NCBI GenBank assembly: GCA_026004015.1
Contig: BPIH01000001.1
Span: forward strand, 208,398 to 272,397
From: Chloroflexota bacterium
GTDB taxonomy: Bacteria > Chloroflexota > Limnocylindria > Limnocylindrales > CSP1-4
DNA length: 64,000 nt
Direction of reading: 5' to 3'
Shown: positions 1 to 9,733 of the stretch, in pieces
Layout of the letters: every line of letters begins with the position of its first letter
How positions within the stretch are numbered: position 1 is the stretch's first letter
Notes under the pieces: generated by a model
Told to the model about the DNA's origin: nothing
What the model saw: only the letters and a program-made list of their open reading frames with translations
Databases searched by the model: none
Position numbers and translations under genes: made by a program

Positions 1-1387
1 GTCGAGCGTCCCCCGACGCCACTTCTTCCGGGCCCTCGCCGGCGAAGTCGCCCAGACGGCGGCAGCGGTCGCGGCCGCGGCAGCCTCCCTCCAGCGCTCC
101 TCGGCCGAGGCGGCCGCCGCGGTCCTCGGCGAGTCCGGCGACGTCGGCGCGTACGGCGGCCCGACGAGCCCGGCTGCCGGCGCTCCCCTCGGGTTCCGCT
201 CGGCCTTCCGCTGGGACGACGACCGCCTCGTCCTCGTCGACCAGCGGGCCCTCCCCGACGAACTCCGCGAGGTGACGGTCACGACCGCCACCGAAGCCGC
301 CCAGGCGATCCGGGACATGGTCGTCCGCGGCGCCCCGGCCCTCGGGCAGGTGGCGGCCATCGCCCTCGCGCTCACCGCTCGGCGGATGGCGACCGCCCGA
401 CCCTACGCCCGCCGGGCGACGATCCGGGGCTCGGCGAACGCCCTCCGGAACGCTCGGCCGACGGCCGTCAATCTCGGCTGGGCCGTCGACCGGATGCTTC
501 GCCGCTACGCCGCCGTCGGGGAGCTGAACGAGGACGGCGAGGCGGTCGCGGCGGCGCTGTGGGCCGAGGCCGAGGCCATCGTCTTCGAGGCGAGCGACGA
601 CCACGGCCGGCTCGCCGAAGCCGGCGCCGCCGAGCTCCCCGTTCCCGAGGGCCGTCCCCTCGAGATCCTCACCCACTGCAACACCGGCCCCCTCGCCTGC
701 GGCCAGTTCGGGACGGCCCTCGGCATCGTCGCCGTCGCCCACCACGCCGGGCGTCCGCTCCACGTCTGGGTCGACGAGACGCGGCCCCTCCTCCAGGGGG
801 CGCGGCTCACGGCCTGGGAGCTCGCCTCGGCCGGGGTCCCCCACACCCTCATCGCCGACGGCGCCGCCGGGCATCTCATGGCCCGCGGTCGGGTCGACAT
901 CGTCCTCGTCGGTGCCGACCGGATCGCGGCCAACGGCGACACGGCGAACAAGATCGGCACGTACAGCCTGGCCGTCCTCGCCGCCCGCCACGAGATCCCC
1001 TTCTGGGTCTGCGCCCCCTTGAGCTCGGTCGATCCCGATCTTCCCGACGGGTCGGCGATCCCCATCGAAGAGCGCTCGGCCGCCGAAGTCCTCTTCGTCC
1101 GCGGGCAGCGGATCGCGCCGGCCGTGACGACCGCCCACAACCCGGCCTTCGACGTCACCCCGGCCGAGCTCGTGACGGCGATCGTCACCGAGGAGGGCGT
1201 CCTCCGCCCGCCCTTCGGACCGGCCATCGCGGCGGCCCTCGAGCGGCGTCGACGGCGCCGAGGGGCCGCGTCCGACCACGAGCCCGGCGGGAGCGAGCGG
1301 GGCCGGCTCGAGCCGAGTGAGGCCGAACCGACGATCACCGCGACGACCGCCCGCTCGAGCGCGGACCGCACCGGAGGCGCTGCCTGA
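1..1387 (+). CDS. mtnA: S-methyl-5-thioribose-1-phosphate isomerase (eIF-2B alpha/beta/delta family); 5' end open at window edge
   Basis: Track ORF 272..1387 carries family motifs (VRGAPALG, HCNTGPLAC, VDETRPLLQGARLTAWEL, GADRIAANGDTANKIGTY, NPAFDVTPAELV). The same frame stays open back to nt 2. Nt ~190-270 already encode the family N-terminus FRWDDDRLVLVDQRALP, so the GTG at 272 is not the true start. Confidence 0.85.
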   Translation, partial: SSVPRRHFFRALAGEVAQTAAAVAAAAASLQRSSAEAAAAVLGESGDVGAYGGPTSPAAGAPLGFRSAFRWDDDRLVLVDQRALPDELREVTVTTATEAAQAIRDMVVRGAPALGQVAAIALALTARRMATARPYARRATIRGSANALRNARPTAVNLGWAVDRMLRRYAAVGELNEDGEAVAAALWAEAEAIVFEASDDHGRLAEAGAAELPVPEGRPLEILTHCNTGPLACGQFGTALGIVAVAHHAGRPLHVWVDETRPLLQGARLTAWELASAGVPHTLIADGAAGHLMARGRVDIVLVGADRIAANGDTANKIGTYSLAVLAARHEIPFWVCAPLSSVDPDLPDGSAIPIEERSAAEVLFVRGQRIAPAVTTAHNPAFDVTPAELVTAIVTEEGVLRPPFGPAIAAALERRRRRRGAASDHEPGGSERGRLEPSEAEPTITATTARSSADRTGGAA

Positions 1388-2250
1388 TGGTCAGCCTCGC
1401 GGTGGCGCGACGCGAGCGCGGCCTCGTCGTCCGGGAGACCGCCGACCGCGATCTCTTGCGGGCCTTCCTCGAGCAGGACCGCCTCTTCGCCGCCTACGCC
1501 CTCTGCGACCTCGATGACCGGGAGTTCGCGCGTTCGCGATGGGGCGTCGCCTTCGAGGGGTCGTCCCCCGTCGCCGTCGTCCTCGAGTACTCGGGCGCGA
1601 CCCCCCAGCCGCTCTTCGTCATGGGTCGGCCCGACGGCGTGAGCGCCATCCTCGAATCCCTCATCCGGCCCCGAGCCGCCTTCGTCTCCGCTCGCACCGA
1701 GCTCCTGCCGGCCATCGAGGCTCACTATCGGGTCGACCCGGGGCCGCCGATGATCCGGATGTGGGTCGATCGGGCTCGCTTCCGGCCCTACCCGGCCGAG
1801 GTCGAGCGCCTCGTCCCGGCCCAGGTCGGCGAGCTGAACCGCCTCTACGACCTCGGCTTCGCCTCCTGGCTGCCGGCGAGCGCCATCGCCGACGGCGTCT
1901 ACTACGGCCTCCGGGTCCGCGGTCGCCTCGTTTCGGCCGCCGGAACCCACGTCGTCAGCCGGACGGCTCGGCTCGCCGTCGTCGGGAACGTCTTCACCGC
2001 CGCCGAGCATCGGGGACGCGGCTACGCCACGGCCGTGACGGGCGCCGTGACGGCCGAGCTGCTCCGCTTCTGCGATCAGGTCGTCCTCAACGTCCGAGCC
2101 GACAATCCGCCGGCCATCGCCGCCTACCGCCGGCTCGGCTACGCCGAGTACGTCCGCTTCGAGGAGCGGCTCGTCCATCGCCTCGGATCCGCGCTCGCCG
2201 GCCTCACCGCGCCGCTCCGTCGCTTCCTCGTCTCCCGGGGTCCCCGCTGA
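1387..2250 (+). CDS. GNAT-family N-acetyltransferase
   Basis: C-terminal acetyl-CoA-binding core ([23 protein letters not shown] ... [15 protein letters not shown]). The ATG overlaps the mtnA TGA by 1 nt, indicating an operon. Confidence 0.7.
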   Translation: MVSLAVARRERGLVVRETADRDLLRAFLEQDRLFAAYALCDLDDREFARSRWGVAFEGSSPVAVVLEYSGATPQPLFVMGRPDGVSAILESLIRPRAAFVSARTELLPAIEAHYRVDPGPPMIRMWVDRARFRPYPAEVERLVPAQVGELNRLYDLGFASWLPASAIADGVYYGLRVRGRLVSAAGTHVVSRTARLAVVGNVFTAAEHRGRGYATAVTGAVTAELLRFCDQVVLNVRADNPPAIAAYRRLGYAEYVRFEERLVHRLGSALAGLTAPLRRFLVSRGPR

Positions 2251-2288
2251 GGGATCCGCCGGTCCAATTCGCGCCAGGAGGTCCCCTC

Positions 2289-3668
2289 GTGACCGACACG
2301 CCTCGAACCAGCGGTCCATCCTCGCCCGGCTCCGGGCCGCCCGCCGCCGGCTCCGAGCCGCCCGCCAGCGGCCAAAACGCGCCCGCGAGCGGCCCCACCG
2401 GGCCCGCGGCCGTCGCCCACGACGTCGCCGACCTCGCGCTCGCCGAGGCGGGCGTCGAGCGGATCGAATGGGCGGCCCGCGAGATGCCGGTCCTGGCGAG
2501 GATCCGAGAGCGCTTCGCCGCCGAGCGGCCCCTCGCCGGGCTCCGGATCGGAGCCTGCCTCCACGTCACCACCGAGACGGCGAACCTCGTCCGGACCCTC
2601 GCCGCCGGGGGCGCCGAGGTCGCCCTCGCCGCCTCGAATCCCCTCTCGACCCAGGATGATGTGGCGGCTGCCCTCGTCGCCCGCTACGGGATCCCGACCT
2701 TCGCCCGCCGCGGGGAGGACCGGGCCACGTACTACGCCCACCTCGCCGCCGTCGCCGACCGCCAGCCCCAGATCACCATGGACGACGGCTGCGACCTCGT
2801 CTCCCTCCTCCACAGCGAGCGGCCCGAGCAGCTGGCCACCGTCCTCGCCGGAACCGAGGAGACGACGACCGGCGTCATCCGGCTTCGGGCCATGGCCGCC
2901 GACGGGGCCCTCCGCTACCCGGTCATCGCCGTCAACGAGGCCCTCACGAAGCATCTCTTCGACAACCGCTACGGGACCGGCCAGAGCACCGTCGACGGCA
3001 TCCTCCGGGCGACGAACATCCTCCTCGCCGGCCGGAACGTCGTCGTCGCCGGCTACGGCTGGGTCGGCCGTGGGATCGCCGCCCGGATGGCCGGCATGGG
3101 CGCCCACGTCGCCGTCGTCGAGGTCGACCCGGTCCGCGCCCTCGAGGCCCTCATGGACGGCTACCGGGTCATGACGCACAGCGAGGCCGCCGCCTGGGGC
3201 GAGCTCTTCGTCACCGCCACCGGGAACCGGAACGTCTTCCGGCGCGAGCACTTCGAACGGATGCGGGACGGGGCGATCCTCGCCAACGCCGGCCACTTCG
3301 ACGTCGAGCTCGACCTCCCCGCCCTGCGCGCCATGGCCGAGGGTCACGTCCGGCGGGTCCGGCCGGGCGTGGAGGGCTTCGAGATCGGTGGCAAGGAGCT
3401 CTTCCTCGTCGCCGAGGGGCGGCTCGTCAACCTGAGCGCCGCCGAGGGGCACCCCGCGGCGGTCATGGACATGAGCTTCGCCAACCAGGCCCTCGCCGTC
3501 GAGTACGTCGCCCGCCACGCCCGGGAGCTCTCGCCCCAGGTCTACACCGTCCCCGAGGCCATCGATCGCGAGGTCGCCCGTCTCAAGCTCGAGGCCCTCG
3601 GGATCGTCCTCGAGCCGCTCACCGAGGAACAGCGCCGCTATCTCGCCGACTGGCGCCAGGGGACCTGA
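2289..3668 (+). CDS. ahcY: adenosylhomocysteinase
   Basis: C-terminal 460 aa of track ORF 1539..3668 match the family throughout ([47 protein letters not shown]). In-frame GTG at 2289 is preceded by AGGAGG at 2277-2282. The upstream part of the ORF overlaps the GNAT gene and is Arg/Pro junk. Confidence 0.95.
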   Translation: MTDTPRTSGPSSPGSGPPAAGSEPPASGQNAPASGPTGPAAVAHDVADLALAEAGVERIEWAAREMPVLARIRERFAAERPLAGLRIGACLHVTTETANLVRTLAAGGAEVALAASNPLSTQDDVAAALVARYGIPTFARRGEDRATYYAHLAAVADRQPQITMDDGCDLVSLLHSERPEQLATVLAGTEETTTGVIRLRAMAADGALRYPVIAVNEALTKHLFDNRYGTGQSTVDGILRATNILLAGRNVVVAGYGWVGRGIAARMAGMGAHVAVVEVDPVRALEALMDGYRVMTHSEAAAWGELFVTATGNRNVFRREHFERMRDGAILANAGHFDVELDLPALRAMAEGHVRRVRPGVEGFEIGGKELFLVAEGRLVNLSAAEGHPAAVMDMSFANQALAVEYVARHARELSPQVYTVPEAIDREVARLKLEALGIVLEPLTEEQRRYLADWRQGT

Positions 3669-4170
3669 GCGAACGAGCACGGGCGGAGGGCCGGCCGGAC
3701 CCGGTCCTGACGTCGCGGCAGCCTCACCGCCCCACTCGGCCGGGGTCGCCCCAGCCCTCGGTCCGGTCAGGTCCTGGGTCGGCTCGAGGGCGTGACTCCC
3801 AGGCACATCCTCGAGGCCGCCCCAGCCGTCGGGGCCGGTCAGCCTGTCGATTCAGGGCCTGGGACGCACACGTCCGGCAGGTCCGAGGGGGAGGAAAGGG
3901 ACGGCCCTCGGTGGCGTGCTTGGGGCGAAGCTTCGAGCCCGACCCCCGGGGGCGAAGATGTGCGTCCCGGTCACGCCGACGTCGGAAACGTGGCGCCCGG
4001 GTCACGGAACCGCCAGGGGCAGCTCGGGGCGGGCTGGAGCGGCGAGCGCCAGACTCATTGAGCAACGACATCCCCGGGGCCCGAGCCGACCCTCCGTGGT
4101 ACCCTCCCGGCGATCGGTCGTGCCGTCATCCGCCGGCCGGATGCCGGCCGGCCCACCGGAAGGGAGTGCC

Positions 4171-5403
4171 ATGTCGAGCATCGTCGACGCCGAGCAGTAC
4201 CTCTTCACCTCGGAGTCGGTGACCGAGGGTCACCCCGACAAGATGTGCGACCAGATCAGCGACGCCATCCTGGACGCCATCCTTCGGGATGATCCCGACG
4301 CCCGCGTCGCCTGCGAGACGGCGACGACGACCGGCCTCGTCATCGTCCTCGGCGAGATCACGACCTCGACCTACGTCGACTTCCAGACCGTCGTCCGGGA
4401 CACCGTCCGGGAGATCGGCTACACGCGGGCCGACTACGGCTTCGACTACCTGACCTGCGGCACCCTCGTCAGCATCAAGGAGCAGTCGCCCGACATCGCC
4501 CGGGGCGTCGATGCCGCCCTCGAGACCCGCGAAGACGGCCAGCGCGACGATCTGGCGACCCTCGGAGCCGGCGACCAGGGGATGATGTTCGGCTACGCCT
4601 GCCGCGAGACGCCCGAGCTCATGCCCCTCCCCATCGCCCTCGCCCATCGCCTCGCCCGGCGCCTGGCCGAGGTTCGCAAGTCCGGCCAGCTTCCGTACCT
4701 CCGTCCCGACGGCAAGACCCAGGTCACCGTCGAGTACCGGCGGGGCGTTCCGGTCCGGGTCCGAACCGTCGTCGTCTCGGCCCAGCACGATCCCGACGTC
4801 CGCCCCGAGCGCCTCCGGTCCGACATCGTCGAGACCGTCATCCTGCCGATCATCCCCCGGGAGCTCCGCCCCGTCGACCCGATCATGCACGTCAACCCGA
4901 CCGGCCGCTTCGTCATCGGCGGACCGATGGGCGACGCCGGGCTGACGGGCCGCAAGATCATGGTCGACACGTACGGGGGCATGGCCCGCCACGGCGGCGG
5001 CTGCTTCTCCGGCAAGGATCCGACGAAGGTCGATCGCTCGGGTGCCTACGCCGCCCGCTGGGTGGCGAAGAACGTCGTCGCCGCCGGCCTCGCCGATCGC
5101 TTCGAGATCGAGCTTGCCTACGGGATCGGCATCGCCCGGCCCCTCTCGGTGTCGGTCGAGACTTTCGGAACGGGCAAGGTCCCCGACGAACGGATCCTCG
5201 CCCTCATCGAGCGCCACTTCGACCTCCGGCCGGGCGGCATCATCGCCGCCCTCGACCTCCGAAGCCCGATCTACCGCCAGACCGCCGTCTACGGCCACTT
5301 CGGCCGGGAAGACCTCGATCTGCCCTGGGAGCGGACCGACAAGGCCGCCCTCCTCGCCGCCGAGGCCGGTCTGCCCGAACCGACCCAGATCTCCGTCGGC
5401 TGA
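4171..5403 (+). CDS. metK: S-adenosylmethionine synthetase
   Basis: [35 protein letters not shown]..., [34 protein letters not shown] at 4171 follows GGAAGGGAG. The upstream part of ORF 3916..5403 looks non-coding. Confidence 0.97.
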   Translation: MSSIVDAEQYLFTSESVTEGHPDKMCDQISDAILDAILRDDPDARVACETATTTGLVIVLGEITTSTYVDFQTVVRDTVREIGYTRADYGFDYLTCGTLVSIKEQSPDIARGVDAALETREDGQRDDLATLGAGDQGMMFGYACRETPELMPLPIALAHRLARRLAEVRKSGQLPYLRPDGKTQVTVEYRRGVPVRVRTVVVSAQHDPDVRPERLRSDIVETVILPIIPRELRPVDPIMHVNPTGRFVIGGPMGDAGLTGRKIMVDTYGGMARHGGGCFSGKDPTKVDRSGAYAARWVAKNVVAAGLADRFEIELAYGIGIARPLSVSVETFGTGKVPDERILALIERHFDLRPGGIIAALDLRSPIYRQTAVYGHFGREDLDLPWERTDKAALLAAEAGLPEPTQISVG

Positions 5404-5468
5404 GGGGCAGGCGTCGGCCGGCTGAACGATCGGGGTCGGTCGCCGTGGCGGGCGCCCCTCGCCCTCCC

Positions 5469-5474
5469 TAGAAT
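5469..5474 (+). promoter_or_regulatory. -10-like hexamer TAGAAT 9 nt upstream of the manC-like ATG (candidate leaderless or short-leader promoter)
   Basis: cccTAGAATgggcgaccgATG, with no Shine-Dalgarno between hexamer and ATG. The same TAGAAT-N7-ATG arrangement occurs at lysC. Confidence 0.4.
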
Positions 5475-5483
5475 GGGCGACCG

Positions 5484-6564
5484 ATGTACGTCGTCGTCCT
5501 CGCCGGAGGCGGCGGAACGCGGCTCCACCCGCTCTCGACGCCCGCCCGCCCGAAGCCGTTCTTGCCCCTCCTCGGTCCGGAATCCCTCTTCGAGCGGACG
5601 GTCCGCCGGATCGTCGCCGAGCCGTTCCCCCTCTGCCGTCCCGAGGACGTCACGGTCGTCGCCGCCGCCGAGCTCGAGCCCCTCGTCCGCCGCCAGGCAC
5701 CCGACGTCGCCTTCCTCGCCGAGCCCGTCGGTCGGAACACCGGCGCCGCCATCGCCCTCGCCGCCGTCGCCATCGAGCGACCGGCGGACGAGGTCATGGT
5801 CGTCGTCCCGGCCGACCACCTCATCGGCGACGAGGTCCGGTTCCGGGAGGTCGTCCGGGCGGCCGCCGAGCTCGCCCGAGGCGCCTTCGGGGTCGCCAGC
5901 CCCCTCGTCGCCCTCGGCGTCGAGCCGACTCGGCCGGCGACCGAGTACGGCTACCTCCTGCCCTGACATCGCCCGCGTCGAGCGGCTCGGATCGATCGAG
6001 GCGGCCCCGCTCCGGGCCTTCGAGGAGAAGCCGAACCCCGAACGGGCGGCCGAGCTCGTCGAGATGCCGGGCGTCGCCTGGAACGCGGGAATGTTCCTCT
6101 GGGAACGCCGGGCGATCCTCACCGCCCTCCGGGATTACGCCCCCGACATCCTCGCCGCCGTCGAGGGCGGGCTCACCGGTGGGCCCGCCGGACTTGCGGC
6201 GGCGTACGGCGGCCTCCGTTCGACCTCGATCGACTATGCGGTCATGGAGCCGGCGGCGAACGCCGGGCGGGTCGTCATGGCGACCCTCGACGTCGGCTGG
6301 AGCGATCTCGGGAGCTGGGCGGCGCTCCTGGCGGCGCTCGGGGCCGACGGGGTGACCGGGACGGTGGTCGAGGCCGGGGCGCCGGTGTCGGCGACCGCGG
6401 CCGACCTCGTCGTCCGGCGGGTCGGCGGCCGGCTCGAGCTCCTCGTCGGCCCGGTCGAGGGTATCGTTGATCCCGACGGGCCGGTCGCCGTGCTCGCCGG
6501 GGCTCGCCCCGAGCAGGCCGTCGTGGCGGCCCTCATCGACCGGACGAGCGAGGAGGAGGGATGA
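5484..6564 (+). CDS. mannose-1-phosphate guanylyltransferase-like nucleotidyltransferase, interrupted by one frameshift near 5960
   Basis: N-terminal part is ORF 5484..5966 (VVLAGGGGTRLHPLS ... EYGYLLP*). The C-terminal part continues in the +1 frame (DIARVERLGSIEAAPLRAFEEKPNPERAAELV..GVAWNAGMFLW ... DLGSW), which is the end of ORF 5473..6564. Confidence 0.8.
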
Positions 6565-8042
6565 CGATCATCGCCGAAGCACCGACGCCGGCCCGGATCG
6601 TCTTCGGCACCGATGGCTGGCGAGCCCGGATCGCCGACGACTTCACCTTCGAGAACGTCCGCCGCTGTGCCGACGGCGTCGCCCAGGCCGTTCTGGCGGC
6701 CGGGAGTCGCGAGCGCGGCGTCGTCGTCGCCTACGACCGGCGTTTCGCCTCGGAGCACTTCGCCCAGGCTGCAGCCGAGGTCCTCCTCGCCCACGACATC
6801 CCGATCTTCTTCGCCGAGCGGGCCGTGCCGACCCAGATGTCGACCTACGAGGTCGTCGCTCGGGGGGCGGCGGCCGGGGTCGTCATCACCGCCAGCCACA
6901 ACCCGTGGACCGACAACGGCTTCAAGGTGAAGTCGCCCGAGGGGTCGGCGGCCGGCCCGGAGATGCTCGCCGTCATCGAGGCCGCCATCGCCGCGAACGC
7001 CGGGCAGCCGATCCCGCGGCGCCCCTTCGCCGAGGCCGAGGTGGCCGGGCTCGTCGAGCGCTTCGACCCGTACCCCGGCTACGAAGCCTTCCTCCGCCGG
7101 ACCCTCGACCTCGACGCCCTCCGGGCGGCCGACGTCCACGTCCTCGTCGAGCCGATGTGGGGTTCCGGGGCGGGCTGGATCCCGCGCCTCCTCTCCGGGG
7201 GGCGGATCCGGGTGACCGAGATCCACCAGGAGCGGAACCCGTACTTCGGGGGCGTGAACCCGGAGCCGATCCGACCCCACGTCGACGAGGCCCTCGGTCT
7301 CCTCGCCCGGGGCGGCTTCGATCTCGGGCTCCTCCTCGACGGCGACGCCGACCGGGCCGGCGCGGCCGACGAGCGGGGCGTCTTCATCCACCAGCTCCAG
7401 GTGACGGGGCTCCTCATGTACTACCTTGCCGAGTACCGCGGCCTTCGCGACCCGGTCGTCGTGAGCGTGAACAACACGTCCATGGCGCGCCGCCTCGGCG
7501 AGCGGTACGGGATCGCCGTCCACGAGACCCCGGTCGGCTTCAAGTACATCGGCCCGACGATGATCGAGACGGGGGCGATGATGGGCGGCGAGGAATCGGG
7601 CGGCTTCGGCTTCGGGATGCACCTCCCCGAGCGGGACGGGATCTACGCCGACCTGCTCCTCCTCGACCTCTTCCTCCGCGAGCGGGCGGCCGGCCGGTGG
7701 CCGGTCTCGCGGGCCATCGAGCACCTCCACGAGATCGCCGGGCCCTCCTTCTACCGCCGGGTCGACGTCCACGTCGAGCGCTCGGCGTACGACGGGGTGA
7801 AGGAGCGCCTCCTCGTCGGCCTCCGGGAACGGAGCCCGGCCGATCTCGACGGCCTGCCCGTCGTCCGTACTCAGCCCCTCGCGACGAACGACGGCTACAA
7901 GTTCTTCACGCCCGACGGGTCATGGCTCCTCGTGCGGACGAGCGGCACCGAGCCCCTCGTCCGGATCTACGCCGAGGCGTCCTCGGCCGAGCTTCGGGAC
8001 GCCCTCATCGCCGCCGGCGAGCGGCTCGTTCGGGGCGGCTGA
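6561..8042 (+). CDS. phosphomannomutase/phosphoglucomutase (alpha-D-phosphohexomutase family)
   Basis: Active-site loop ITASHNPWTDNGFKV, metal loop LLLDGDADR, sugar loop GGEESGGF. The start overlaps the preceding stop (ATGA). Confidence 0.9.
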   Translation: MTIIAEAPTPARIVFGTDGWRARIADDFTFENVRRCADGVAQAVLAAGSRERGVVVAYDRRFASEHFAQAAAEVLLAHDIPIFFAERAVPTQMSTYEVVARGAAAGVVITASHNPWTDNGFKVKSPEGSAAGPEMLAVIEAAIAANAGQPIPRRPFAEAEVAGLVERFDPYPGYEAFLRRTLDLDALRAADVHVLVEPMWGSGAGWIPRLLSGGRIRVTEIHQERNPYFGGVNPEPIRPHVDEALGLLARGGFDLGLLLDGDADRAGAADERGVFIHQLQVTGLLMYYLAEYRGLRDPVVVSVNNTSMARRLGERYGIAVHETPVGFKYIGPTMIETGAMMGGEESGGFGFGMHLPERDGIYADLLLLDLFLRERAAGRWPVSRAIEHLHEIAGPSFYRRVDVHVERSAYDGVKERLLVGLRERSPADLDGLPVVRTQPLATNDGYKFFTPDGSWLLVRTSGTEPLVRIYAEASSAELRDALIAAGERLVRGG

Positions 8043-8445
8043 TGGCCGGGGCGACGACGGCGGGGACCGGAGAAGCCGGCCGACCGGCCGGCACCATCGT
8101 CCCCAAGCCCTGGGGCCACGAGCTCATCTGGGCTCACACCGACCGCTACGTCGGCAAGATCCTCGTCATCGAGGCCGGCAAGCGGCTCTCCCTCCAGTAC
8201 CACGAGCGGAAGGACGAGGCGATCTACGTGATCTCGGGTCGGCTCCGGCTCCACCTCGGCGAGGAGGGCGGGGCGGTCCGGGCGGAGGAGCTCGGCCCGG
8301 GCGAGTTCCGGCACATCCCGCCGGGCGCGTCCACCGCTACGAAGCGATCGAGCGGGTCGAGCTCTGCGAGGTCTCGACGACGGAGCTCGACGACGTCGTC
8401 CGCCTCGAGGACGACTACGGCCGCGAGGGGACGAGCGCCCCGTAG
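8042..8445 (+). CDS. cupin-type mannose-6-phosphate isomerase domain protein, one frameshift near 8329
   Basis: KPWGHELIWAHTDRYVGKILVIEAGKRLSLQYHERKDEAIYVISG...FRHIPPGA, then in the -1 frame VHRYEAIERVELCEVSTTELDDVVRLEDDYGR*. ATG 8042 overlaps the TGA of the mutase gene. Confidence 0.7.
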
Positions 8446-8559
8446 GTTCTGACCCGGGGAGCGCTCCGGCGGGCAGGGCGGCGAACCGCCGCCGGCCATC
8501 ACCGATCGAGGGCCGCCGAGCGAGGCCGTCCTCGCTCGACCGGTGCGGGCAACGTCCGG

Positions 8560-8958
8560 TCAGCCGCGGTCGACGACTTCGATCGGGCAGCGAGGCCCAT
8601 CAGCCCGGGCGAGGCGCGCGTCGAGGGTGACGAGCGACGCGCCGAGCGCTTCCGCCAGGGCGACGTAGAGGGCGTCCCAGGCGCGGAGCGTCCGCCGCAA
8701 CGCCCAGGCCCGCTCGAAGAGCGGGCGGTGGTCGTATCGCTCGCCCGGCCAGGCTGCGAGGTCGACGACGGCGAGGGCGGCTGTCGTGGCGTCGATGGCA
8801 CCTCGGAGATGATCCCGGCGGATGAGGCTGAGGACCTCGGCATCGATGAGGTGGGGAGCGGCATGCTCGTCGTCGGCCGCCAGGCGTGCCCGAACCGCCT
8901 CGGCCGAGGGACCCTCGACGAGGACGTCGTACAGGCTGGAAGCGTCAACGACGAGCAT
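8560..8958 (-). CDS. vapC: PIN-domain ribonuclease toxin (VapC-like)
   Basis: MLVVDASSLYDVL...HLIDAEVLS...DALYVALAEALGASLVTLD: acidic PIN residues in the canonical order. Overlaps the upstream antitoxin gene. Confidence 0.8.
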   Translation of the reverse strand: MLVVDASSLYDVLVEGPSAEAVRARLAADDEHAAPHLIDAEVLSLIRRDHLRGAIDATTAALAVVDLAAWPGERYDHRPLFERAWALRRTLRAWDALYVALAEALGASLVTLDARLARADGPRCPIEVVDRG

Positions 8959-9190
8959 CCGGCCACGGCCCACGGATCTCGTCGAGGGCCTGCACGGCGT
9001 CGACGTCCCGGGTCGGAATCGGCCGTCGACGGGTTTGCTCGAGCCATTCCTCGATCGTCGGTCGCCTCGCCAACCGCGCAGCTTCGCGGCGCAGCAGTTC
9101 GGGGACCGTCACGCCGGCTGCAGCGGCTCGTCGGGCGAGGGCTCGATAGACGTCGTCGTCGATGTCGCGGATCTGGACCGTTCGAGGCAT
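8945..9190 (-). CDS. vapB: antitoxin, FitA/ribbon-helix-helix-like (VapB-type)
   Basis: 81 aa beginning MPRTVQIRDIDDDVYRALARRAAAAGVTVPELLRRE. Lies immediately upstream of and overlapping the PIN gene. Confidence 0.7.
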   Translation of the reverse strand: MPRTVQIRDIDDDVYRALARRAAAAGVTVPELLRREAARLARRPTIEEWLEQTRRRPIPTRDVDAVQALDEIRGPWPDARR

Positions 9191-9436
9191 GTTCGCATCG
9201 TATCAGGCACGAGCGCATGGCATGCATCATGTCCGCATGTCTCGGCTCGACCGGTCGCGACGCGGCGGAGTCCCGGCTCTTCACGCTGCCAGGTCCCTGG
9301 GCGGGCACCGACCATCGGGAGGCTGACATCGGCCCGTCGGGGGTGTAGTCTTCGCCTCAGCGGCCGCCCAGCCCGGCCGGCCAGGTCGGACGGTGGCCGA
9401 CAGTACGCCCGCCTGGGCGACGGAGGTTAGGCAGCG

Positions 9437-9712
9437 ATGCACAGCTCCCTGATCGGCAAGGTCGAGAAGGCGAATCGCTATGCGCGCGAGCTCGATCGGA
9501 TCACGATCGACCGCCTGTCGCTGACGTTCCGGGGTGACAATGACACCCACCACGTCACCCTCGACGCCGGACGCTGGCACTGCACCTGCCACTACTTCGA
9601 GAGCTGGGGTGCCTGCGTCCACCTCCTTGCCCTTCAGAAGATCCTCGGGGTCATGCTGCCGGAGGAGGCCCAGGTCTCGATCTTCTCGCCCCAGAGCCCC
9701 GTCGGAGCTTAG
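9437..9712 (+). CDS. small SWIM zinc-finger protein
   Basis: CxCx(n)CxH signature in GRWHCTCHYFESWGACVHLLAL. GGAGG lies 9 nt upstream of the ATG. Confidence 0.6.
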   Translation: MHSSLIGKVEKANRYARELDRITIDRLSLTFRGDNDTHHVTLDAGRWHCTCHYFESWGACVHLLALQKILGVMLPEEAQVSIFSPQSPVGA

Positions 9713-9733
9713 GGCGACCCCGGCCCCGTCGGG

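Noticed and set aside
2251-2288. SAH riboswitch upstream of ahcY.
   Set aside because: The intergenic space is only 38 nt and holds just an RBS. ahcY appears co-transcribed with mtnA and the GNAT gene.
9330-9436. ZTP (pfl) riboswitch-like fragments (CTGACatcGGC ... CGCCCGCCTGGGCG) upstream of the SWIM gene.
   Set aside because: Only the 3' CCGCCTGGGC-like element and a weak CTGAC match are present. The central ACCGGG/GGA core is absent, and the downstream gene is unrelated to purine or folate metabolism.
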